From Basidiobolus meristosporus CBS 931.73 (Eukaryota; Fungi; Basidiobolomycota), in NCBI GenBank assembly GCA_002104905.1, contig MCFE01000152.1:89079-153078 (forward strand): a stretch of 64,000 nt of DNA, given 5' to 3'. The first letter of the stretch is position 1. Every line of letters begins with the position of its first letter. The notes beneath the pieces are model-generated. The model saw nothing but the letters and a program-made list of their open reading frames with translations. It made no database searches and had not been told where the DNA came from. Below, piece by piece: positions 55,554 through 64,000 of this stretch. The position numbers and the translations under genes were made by a program.

Positions 55554-58500
55554 TAAGGGGGGGAGACAGTCACCAACAGGTGAAATCTTTATTTCAGTTG
55601 AAACAAAGAAGCCAGCGCTACTGTTGTAGCTTTGATACAAGAGTGTGTAGCTGAGGGGAATGTGTAGGTAAGTTAATAAGAAGTGATGATAGTTCTTCAG
55701 TGCTCAAGACACTGTTCAGTGGGAAGGGGGGTAGCAAGAGAGGTAAGAATGACTTGTGAAGAACATTAATGAGGGGAGTGTGATAAGGATTGATATTCAT
55801 CATAAAGGGAGTGTGCTGCTGCAGATATTGCTGCCAAAGGTCTGTCAAGTACTGCAGGTAGGCCAGCTTGGGTTTTTCTGACTGCAAAATATGTTGAGCA
55901 AACTTCTTGACTTCAGGATCTCCAAGTATAGTTCTCCAGCAGGAGCCAGGTGTTGTGTGGTGTGTTCTCTTCCAGGCCTTAATCAGTGGGTTGTTGCAGT
56001 TGTGAAGTCTGAGGTATAATCTGGTTCTAAGGTAGCAAAGTCTGATCTTATAGGGCATAAACCCAAAAGCACCAAGAATAGCATGTCTGTAGGGGCATTC
56101 AGGCAAATGAGGCACCAAGGAGGTAATGCACCATACTGCAAACTTGTCAAGCTTAGTGCAGTCTCTAGAAATAAGAGAGAGAAGTGGTAAGCCAAATTCC
56201 AGGACAGGGAAGACAAACTGCTTGAGTAGAAGGAGGCAGCTGGGAGCTGAAGTTGTAGGAGGAGTAACAGCCAGTAGCTTGTGGAGTGCCTGTCTTGCCA
56301 GGATAATTCTCTTCTTCAGGTGTGCTCCAGAGTCTAGTCCAGTAGGAAGGAAAGGAAAGCCAAGATATGTAGCAGAAGCCTGAGCAGGTAGAGTGGAGTT
56401 CTCCAAGTTGATGGGAGAGCCCAAAGGTACTGTCTTTGCAATGGAAAGCTGGAGATTATTCTTCTGCAGATACTGGTGGATGGTCTGGGAGTCTTGTTGC
56501 ACATTGGAGGAGGATATTCTGATGTCATCAGCAAAGAGAGTAACCAGGCAGTCAGCTGAGAGTCTTGGGAAGTCATTCAGGAAGATGGCAAACAGTATAG
56601 GACCAAGCACAGAGCCTTGAACCACTCCATTAGGAACTGAGAACACAGCTGATTGCTTACTTGGGTGCAGAATTGTTGCTTGTGGATCCAGAAACAGAGA
56701 CCTGACAAGGAGGGTGAGAGAGGTACTGGAGAAGCATTGCAACTTGGACCAAAGCAGATTTCTGTCAACTGAATCAAAGGCCTTAGTAATATCAAACAGA
56801 ACAGAGGGATACTTGCACTGGAGAGAGTGATCTTGGCTAAGTATGACTGCATATTCCAAGGAGAGGCCAGGAACAAAGCCAAACTGTGCAGGATGAAACT
56901 TGAGGGAGTCAGAGTAGAGCTCCTGAGCAAGCAGAAGCTCAAACACCTTTCTGCAGGTGGGCAGCAGAGATATTGGCCTGTAGGAGCTGGATCTAGGTGC
57001 TTTCCTTTACCCTTGTACAGTGGCAGAACATTTGCAAAGGACCATTCCTCAGGGGTAGAAAGCTGGGCTGAGCATTGCTGAAACAGTGGAAGCAGAAGTG
57101 CAGACATGGCCTTGGTACTAGTCTTCAGAAGCTCATAGGAGATTGTGTCCACACCTGGAGCAGTAGAGTTGGGAAGCCTCTTGAGCACATTATGGATTCT
57201 CCTTTGATCAAGTGCAAGTGGAATGGGCAGAGTCTTGAAGTCAGGATGAAAGCCAGGAGTTGAGTACTGCTTTGTAGAGAAGAAGATGTTAGTCAGCTGT
57301 TCTGTTGAAGGTAACTTCCTGGAAGAGGGCCTCATTGCCCTGTAGAGTCTTGATACTGTTCTTGTTATAGAGTTGGAAGATTGCAGAGGCAAAGAACTCA
57401 TAATATGATCCCAGAGCTGAGTATGCAGTGTGTGGTGAATTGCCTTGGAGTGGTGTATTGCTGTCAGGAGGAGTTTCTCTGTTTTTGGGTTAGGGAAACT
57501 CAGGTAGCTTTGTTGCAGGGCTGAAACAATGGATTCCCATTTCTTGAGGTAACAGCAGTAGTCTTGCATGGCAGTGAGAGGGAGGCAGACACCAGAATCA
57601 GATGCTTCACAAAGTGCCAGGCATAGTTGAGATCATCTGGCAGAGAAAGTAGCACACTGGCAAGCTTCAAGTAGTTCCCAAAGTCTTTCTTCTGATTCTT
57701 GGTAGCTTTGTGGGTGAGCACAGTAAGTTTTGGCAGCTTCTTCTTCACAACTGGTTGCATAGAAAGGGACCAGGCTGGGTGGTCAGAGGCTCTCAAGGAT
57801 CCTAGCACAGCTCCAGAGAATTGCTTAACTTCATTCACAAAGTAGAGGGCAGCAGCAGAAGGGCAGATCCAGTCAACACATCTTTTCTCAGATTGAGCAC
57901 CTAGTGCTAGCAGGTGGCTTTCTCTCAGGAAGTTCAGTAGGAATGTAGACCTTGGCTTCATTCTTGCAGTCAGAGTAGTCTTGTTCTCAGGATGGGGAAT
58001 GTTGAGATCTCCAAGCAAGATAACAGGTGTTGATATAGATTGTTGGTATTGCTGAACCTTCTGGCATATAACTTGCACTTCCTGAAGGGCAAGACTTGGA
58101 GGCAGATAGCAGAGCACCAGACTGATAGTTGGCAACTGGAGAGCAGCACAGTAAGGGGAGTAAAGAGGAACACAGAGCTGAGGAGTATTGATGGTAGAAG
58201 AGATGAAGCAGATAGAGGAGGTATTCTTTGTTCTAGGAGTAGAAAAGCAATATAGATTAGTCAAAAGTATAGAGGGTAGCTGGACATCAATCAAACACAG
58301 GAGGGAAAATCTTGAAAGAAGTCTCTCTAGAGTTGGTCTTGATGGCTGTATGCTGTTGCAGTTAAGCAACAGAACTTCAGGTAGTCAGGCAGAGGTTGTA
58401 GCTTCTTCAGAGGCAGCATTGATAATGTGACCTGCAGAGTCCAGAGCTCTTCAAATGGTGCATCACTTAAGTCAGCAAGGAGGAAATGCATGATCTGAGG

Positions 58501-58675
58501 AAGTATGCACATCATAGAGGCTGTCTTGATGAGCAAGAAGACAGAATGGCAACATGGCTGAGCTGTTGAACAGTAGAGTCAGAGATCAGATCTCAGCATA
58601 TCTGAAGTCAGTTTCAGCAGTAAGTTCTCACAAAGCAACAAATGTCAGCAATGTGGTCTAGGATAACTCAGAGTC
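55554..58675 (-). mobile_element. LINE family A, copy A2: ORF1 C-terminal remnant plus frameshifted APE-RT ORF2
   Basis: EN motifs LLNCNSI, LIDVQ, CYLPP, LGDLN, CVDWI, SDHP; RT motif FADDI; ORF1 remnant APFEELW shared with family B. Confidence 0.92.
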
Positions 58676-58769
58676 TTAGGGTTAGGGGAGGGAAAGTCAC
58701 CAAGTTGGTGAAATCTTTATTTGAGTTAAGAACTAATCTAAGTACAAATAAAGAAGCCAATTAAGAGGT

Positions 58770-61619
58770 CTAGAACCTCTCTAATAAGTAATCTAATTTA
58801 TGTTTTGTTTCATCTCTAATGTTTGTTTCAATAAAGTAAAGCTCATCAGGGGTAAATATAAAATTCAGGGGTTTTGGGGGAAGTACAAATTGTAGATGTT
58901 TCTGATCAATATAATCCAAGACTGGAACCCAGCCTGGGATTAGGTGTAGTAGGAAAGGTGTGTGGACTTGTAAGTAGCTCTGCCACATAGATCTTAGATG
59001 GTCCTGAGCCAGTAGTCTTGGTTTCTCAGCTTTTTGAAGTTTTGAAGCAAGCTCTGTTACTACAGCAGAGCCAACCAGGGTGTGCCAGCAAGAAGATTTC
59101 AGGGAGGAGTTAGATTGAAGCCATTGTTTGATGGAGGGGTTATGTGATTTCTGAAGTTTGACTAGGAAGGAAGCACGGAGATAGATCATTCGGATTTGGT
59201 ATGGGTAGAACCCAAAGGCTCCATTAGTTGCATGGATATAGGGAGATACTGGAAGATAAGGTACCAAGGATCTGATACACTGATGGAGAAATTTATCCAG
59301 GCGGTGAAGTTCTCTGGAGGTTAGGGGTATAATGTGGAGACCAAATTCAAGTACCGGCAGTACATACTGCTTCAGAAGTATAGGGATCTTTTGAATTGGA
59401 GTGTCTGGAGTGACTACTACCAGAAGCTTTTTGAGAGCCTGTTGGGCAAGACGGATCCTATTATTCAGGTGGAGCTTTGAGTCAATCCCATGTTGACAAA
59501 ACGGCAGACCTAGATATATTGCAGTTTGTTGTGGCAGAATGCTAGTGTTCTGTATAGTTGTAGTGCATCCAATTGGGACTGTCTTGGAAATTGAGAGTGA
59601 GAGGTTGTTGGCAGCCAAGTACTTCTCAATGATGGCAGTGTCTGCTATGGGATTAGGAGTAGCAATCTTGATATCATCCGCATAGAGAGTTAGTAGTGGA
59701 TAGGGAGAGTCTGGTGAGGGGCCTTTTGGAAATAAAGGAAAGTCATGTAGGAATATCACAAATAGTAAGGGACCTAGTACAGATCCTTGGACTACTCCAT
59801 TTGGAACCTCATAAGTCTCTGATGTACAACTTGGATGCAAAATTTTGGCTGAGTTCTCACAAAATAGAGAACGTACAAGAAGGGTCATTGGTAGTGTGGT
59901 AACTGCTAATAGCTTTCTCCAAAGCAGAGCTCTGTCCACAGAGTCAAAGGCTTTAGTAATGTCAAACAGAATGGTTGGCAATGAGAATTGAAGTGAATGA
60001 TCATGGCTTAGCACTACAGCCATATCCAAGGAGAGTTTGGGCAAGAAGCCAAACTGAGAAGGATGGAATGGATATAGTTGAGATTGCAAGGATCTTGCTA
60101 TTATAAGCTCAAAGATTTTCCGGCAGGTTGGTAGGAGTGAAACTGGCCGGTAAGAACCTGGGAGTGAGTGTTTCCCCTTCCCTTTGTATAAGGGTATTAC
60201 ATTTGCCTGTGACCAGGCCTTTGGGGTAGTCAATTGTTGGGCACAGATAGAGTAGAATGGGAGAAGTAAGTGACTCATTTTGGAGTAGCACACCCGGAGT
60301 AGATTGTAGGTAATCAAGTCATGTCCAGGTGCAGTATTTGCAGGAAGCTTCTTTAAAATTTTCTCCAGAAGCTTTGCTGAAACCAAAATTGGAGATGTTG
60401 GACTGCTAGATATGTTACCAGTATGGTAGAAAGGAGGAGTGGGATGCATGGTTGAATCAAAGAATATAGGGGCCAGTTTGTCTGGTGATGGTATACTCCT
60501 TGCTTGGGGTCTCATGGCTTTGTATACTCTTGATATGGACCTTGTGGTGGCATTCATATTTACTAAGGGCAAGGTATCCATGATATGAGCCCATAATCTA
60601 GTATGCTCAGTGATCTGTAGTGACTTGGAGTAGGAGATTGCGCTTTCCAGGAGGTTCTGTGTTTTTGGGTTAGGGAAACATAGGTAGCTGGAATTTAAGG
60701 CAGAAATGATGGATTTCCATTTAAGTTGGTTTGCAGATGGCTTTTGGTAGGACTTGGTGGGCAGGGCCAGACAGCCAGTGATTATGATGAAATGCTGGTA
60801 AAATAGCCATAATGCATTTATATCATCACAAATCCATGCAGGTAAGCTGGGAAATGCATATTCTGTAAGCAAGGATAGGTAGTTGGCAAAGTCCTGTGTC
60901 TGTGATACTGAAGCTTTGGCTGGCAGGATTGTAAATGGCTGAAGAAGGGTGCCAATTGGTAGGGTTTTTCTGGCAGAAATGATAATATGTATTGGCTTGT
61001 GATCAGATTTCTCTAGTGAACCACAGCTGATATCCTCTGGAATGCTTGTAACCTGGTGGATGTACTGTAAGGCAGCTGGAGTAGCTGTTACCCAGTCAAC
61101 ACAACGTTGAGCTTGCTGAGTGTTTACAGTGACCAGATGGTTTTGTCGGAGGAACTTTGTAAAGTGCTCCTCTCGGGTTCTAAGTCTGGATGAAATAGTG
61201 GTGATATTTTCAGGGTGGGGAATATTTATATCTCCCACTACCATACAAGGGATTGATGAGCTGTTAATGAATTCTGATGTGGCCAAGAAAATTGCCAGTG
61301 TTATGGAGTTAGACAGAGATGGAGGGAGATAGATAATAATGGCTACTATAGTTGGAAGTGTTAGAGCATAGCAGTAATACTCATAGATGATGGATACATT
61401 TGCTGAGGGTGCAAGCTTAGAAGATGAAAGAGCAACAAGTGCCATTGAGTGAGCTGGAAATTTTGGGTGAGCAGATGAATATGCATTCAGTCTAGAGGGA
61501 AGTTTTGGCAACTTAACATCAATTAGTAGGAGCAAGGAATATTCCTTTTTCAGTAAGTTTTCTAATTCAGCTACAGTTGGAGTGATGGAGTTGCAATTGA
61601 GTAAGAGTATGTTCTGTAG
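58770..61619 (-). CDS. B2 ORF2: AP-like endonuclease + reverse transcriptase, ~949 aa, no initiator ATG ahead of the first EN motif
   Basis: LQNILLLNCNSI..LIDVK..IYLPP..VGDIN..CVDW..SDHKP; SYRPVSLLPTCRKIFE; FDITKAFDSVDR; QGSVLGPLLF; YADDI. Confidence 0.9.
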   Translation of the reverse strand, partial: LQNILLLNCNSITPTVAELENLLKKEYSLLLLIDVKLPKLPSRLNAYSSAHPKFPAHSMALVALSSSKLAPSANVSIIYEYYCYALTLPTIVAIIIYLPPSLSNSITLAIFLATSEFINSSSIPCMVVGDINIPHPENITTISSRLRTREEHFTKFLRQNHLVTVNTQQAQRCVDWVTATPAALQYIHQVTSIPEDISCGSLEKSDHKPIHIIISARKTLPIGTLLQPFTILPAKASVSQTQDFANYLSLLTEYAFPSLPAWICDDINALWLFYQHFIIITGCLALPTKSYQKPSANQLKWKSIISALNSSYLCFPNPKTQNLLESAISYSKSLQITEHTRLWAHIMDTLPLVNMNATTRSISRVYKAMRPQARSIPSPDKLAPIFFDSTMHPTPPFYHTGNISSSPTSPILVSAKLLEKILKKLPANTAPGHDLITYNLLRVCYSKMSHLLLPFYSICAQQLTTPKAWSQANVIPLYKGKGKHSLPGSYRPVSLLPTCRKIFELIIARSLQSQLYPFHPSQFGFLPKLSLDMAVVLSHDHSLQFSLPTILFDITKAFDSVDRALLWRKLLAVTTLPMTLLVRSLFCENSAKILHPSCTSETYEVPNGVVQGSVLGPLLFVIFLHDFPLFPKGPSPDSPYPLLTLYADDIKIATPNPIADTAIIEKYLAANNLSLSISKTVPIGCTTTIQNTSILPQQTAIYLGLPFCQHGIDSKLHLNNRIRLAQQALKKLLVVVTPDTPIQKIPILLKQYVLPVLEFGLHIIPLTSRELHRLDKFLHQCIRSLVPYLPVSPYIHATNGAFGFYPYQIRMIYLRASFLVKLQKSHNPSIKQWLQSNSSLKSSCWHTLVGSAVVTELASKLQKAEKPRLLAQDHLRSMWQSYLQVHTPFLLHLIPGWVPVLDYIDQKHLQFVLPPKPLNFIFTPDELYFIETNIRDETKHKLDYLLERF

Positions 61620-62417
61620 TCAGGCAGACTCTGAGGTTGCCTGTTCCTGCTGAAACTCTTGCACTGCCCTTTGTAAATTTCCAGAATTATTCCACAACTC
61701 TTCAAATGGAGCTTGCGTAATGTCTTTCAGGATTCTAATTGCTTCCTCTTTCAAGAAGTAGGCCACATCATAGGTTGGAGCCTGTTTCTTAATGGCAGCA
61801 AAGAAAGCCATAATTGCCATGTGAGCTGGGGGCTTGTTGAATATTCCTGGCTCAGTGTCCATTGACTCTGGTGGAATGATTGTGAATTTGGTAGGCACCC
61901 AGTTTAGATTTTTTGCCAGATACTTAGTCAATGCAGTGGAGAAGTTTCTGTCTACAATCATTTCTAGGATCTTTCCTCTTCTCCAAGCTAGGTTAACAAT
62001 TTTTGAAGTGTCAATATTTAGAGAGCGGAATGTATGTCTGATGTTTGATATAGTAGTCCATGGAACATTGGCAAAGTATAGCAAGGACCAATTCTGGAGC
62101 TGAGGTAAGTTTGCTGGAGGCTTATAGGTAGACTTCCTGGCAGGTTGTGTGGTAGGCTTTAGTGTTTCCAAGGTAGCAAGTTGTGGTTGAGACTTTTTGG
62201 AATTACGTATGACTTTGGAAAGAATTCTGCCAGCAACTGTGTCAGGAATGTTAGTACTCATTGATGGTGCAGGGCCTGGCTCCTGGTACTGCTTTTGTAG
62301 AATACTTGAGTATGTCTCTTTTTGTTTTCCTTTATCCAATGTGCTATGCCTTGGAATGGGATTTTGGGGAATAGAGACTTCAGGTATCAACTCTGGGGTC
62401 TGGTGATTGTCCAACAT
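61620..62417 (-). CDS. B2 ORF1 (gag-like, putative nucleic-acid binding)
   Basis: Open 265 aa directly upstream of ORF2. The core LYFANV..IRHTFRSLNIDTSKIVNLAW..ILEMIV resembles LINE ORF1 proteins; a coiled-coil-like remnant lies upstream in another frame. Confidence 0.7.
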   Translation of the reverse strand: MLDNHQTPELIPEVSIPQNPIPRHSTLDKGKQKETYSSILQKQYQEPGPAPSMSTNIPDTVAGRILSKVIRNSKKSQPQLATLETLKPTTQPARKSTYKPPANLPQLQNWSLLYFANVPWTTISNIRHTFRSLNIDTSKIVNLAWRRGKILEMIVDRNFSTALTKYLAKNLNWVPTKFTIIPPESMDTEPGIFNKPPAHMAIMAFFAAIKKQAPTYDVAYFLKEEAIRILKDITQAPFEELWNNSGNLQRAVQEFQQEQATSESA

Positions 62418-62641
62418 TGTTGCTTGAGCTTCAGCTTTTCCTCTAAGATTTGAACTCTCTGCTTAAGCTCATCATTTGATGCTATAAGTGTTGCATTGTT
62501 TGGAGCCAGGTCAGGTGTTGAGTTATGAAGCAGGTTGAGCAGCGTTCTAACTCCTTTGTTTGGTCATCCAACTTTTCTTCTAAGGTTGAACCTCAATTGA
62601 GTGCACATTTGAGGTTAGAAGCTCAAGTTATCAGCTTAGGG

Positions 62642-63165
62642 TTAGGGGGGAGGAAAGTCACCAAGTGGTGAAATCTTTATTTACTTATGACAAGTATCTA
62701 AAGAAGCCAAGTTAATCTGAAGTTATTCCTAGAAAGCTAGGTCTGAGAGATATCTTCCTGGTAAGCCAGGTCTGAGAGTTGAGAAGCTGAGTGGTACTAT
62801 ATTTCCTAGTTAGCTAGGTCTGAGAGAGGTTTCCTGGAAAGCCAGGCCTGAGAAGTGAGAATCTGAATATATCTGAGCTAAGTTATACTGGTTTGCAGTA
62901 GCTGAATTGTGGCCGGAATGGCCAGTAGACTGGGGGAACTGAGATGAATTTCTGGGCGATCACTGGCCAAATTTACTAGGCAAATCTGGCCAATTAGCAT
63001 TTCAAGGATTTCAGCCAATCAGAGCCTTTACTTTGCCCGATGGTTGATCAAGCCATCTCCCAATGAGCACACATCAATTTATTAATCAAATTTTGCTGGA
63101 TCCAGGATTTGAACCCACAACCATGGGTATGGAAGGGTTAGGGATAACCACAAGGCTAAGTTAAG
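62642..63165 (-). mobile_element. SINE-like element C, copy C2, apparently full length (~520 bp): tRNA-type A/B boxes, hairpin-rich body and LINE-type 3' tail
   Basis: A box TAGCCTTGTGG (63158-63148) and B box GGTTCAAATCC (63115-63105), 32 nt apart. No long ORF, and the 3' end is shared with A and B. Confidence 0.75.
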
Positions 63166-63187
63166 AAGTCCAAGTGTGAATCATTGA

Positions 63188-64000
63188 TTAGGGGGGGAGA
63201 CAGTCACCAACAGGTGAAATCTTTATTTCAGTTGAAACAAAGAAGCCAGCGCTACTGTTGTAGCTTTGATACAAGAGTGTGTAGCTGAGGGGAATTTGTA
63301 GGTAAGTTAATAAGAAGTGATGATAGTTCTTCAGTGCTCAAGACACTGTTCAGTGGGAAGGGGGGTAGCAAGAGAGGTAAGAATGACTTGTGAACAACAT
63401 TAATGAGGGGAATGTGATAAGGATTGATATTCATCATAAAGGGAGTGTGCTGCTGCAGATATTGCTGCCAAAGGTCTGTCAAGTACTTCAGGTAGGCCAG
63501 CTTGGGTTTTTCTGACTGCAGAATAAATTCAGCAAACTTCTTGACTTCAGGATCTCCAAGTATAGTTCTCCAGCAGGAGCCAGGTGTTGTGTGGTGTGTT
63601 CTCTTCCAGGCCTTAATCAGTGGGTTGTTGCAGTTGTGAAGTCTGAGGTATAATCTGGTTCTAAGGTAGAGAAGTCTGATCTTATAGGGCATAAACCCAA
63701 AAGCACCAAGAATAGCATGTCTGTAGGGGCATTCAGGCAAATGAGGCACCAAGGAGGTAATGCACCATACTGCAAACTTGTCAAGCTTAGTGCAGTCTCT
63801 AGAAGTAAGAGAGAGAAGTGGTAAGCCAAATTCCAGGACAGGGAAGACAAACTGCTTGAGTAGAAGGAGGCAGCTGGGAGCTGAAGTTGTAGGAGGAGTA
63901 ACAGCCAGTAGCTTGTGGAGTGCCTGTCTTGCTAGGATAATTCTCTTCTTCAGGTGTGCTCCAGAGTCTAGTCCAGTAGGAAGGAAAGGAAAGCCAAGAT
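63188..64000 (-). mobile_element. LINE family A, copy A3, 3' part; continues beyond the window
   Basis: Near-identical to A1/A2; junction TTAGGGGGGGAGACAGTCACC. Confidence 0.92.

Larger units (their letters stand above)
58682..62635 (-). mobile_element. LINE family B, copy B2: near full length, ORF1 (5' part degraded or truncated) plus uninterrupted APE-RT ORF2
   Basis: ORF1 61620-62417; ORF2 open from 61619 to 58770; 3' end TTAGGGGAGGGAAAGTCACC. Confidence 0.93.

Noticed and set aside
63095-63170. Functional tRNA gene
   Set aside because: A and B boxes are present, but no 5' acceptor strand pairs with ATCCAGC and there is no clear anticodon arm. Treated as a tRNA-derived head.
53148-64000. 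Penelope-like (Athena/Coprina) or RLE-type (MoTeR/Cnl1) identity for the array
   Set aside because: Both families carry an N-terminal APE endonuclease and LINE-type RT motifs. No GIY-YIG, C-terminal restriction-like nuclease or zinc fingers are visible.

Overview
Eukaryotic (fungal) DNA with short GT-AG introns. It is probably from an early-diverging lineage, inferred from a Zn2Cys6 factor and Kre9/KNH-type GPI proteins alongside a cullin-2-like gene. 0-5 kb is a decayed CACTA/Tnp2 transposon. 9.7-52 kb holds host genes: HMG-box factor, a divergent histone H3, UBP12-like protease, ankyrin-PH-OSBP protein, small Cys-rich membrane protein, CUL2-like cullin, Atf1-like bZIP, DUF1308-like protein, three tandem GPI-anchored Ser/Thr-rich proteins, aminoacylase-1 and a Zn2Cys6 factor. 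A ~340-bp AT-rich repeat family is interspersed among them. The main result is 53.1-64 kb, a head-to-tail, single-orientation array of seven non-LTR retroelements (A1-C1-B1-A2-B2-C2-A3). It comprises two APE-endonuclease LINE families (A, B) and a tRNA-promoter SINE-like element (C). All end in the same hairpin plus C-rich tail instead of poly(A). Six of seven junctions carry the telomeric hexamer TTAGGG and one has TAAGGG. In both LINE families ORF1 and ORF2 are in frame, separated by an identical TCT GCC TGA CTA C context that suggests programmed readthrough. I interpret this as a candidate telomere-targeting or telomere-extending LINE/SINE system. Exon boundaries, homologies and counts were read by eye; no searches were run.
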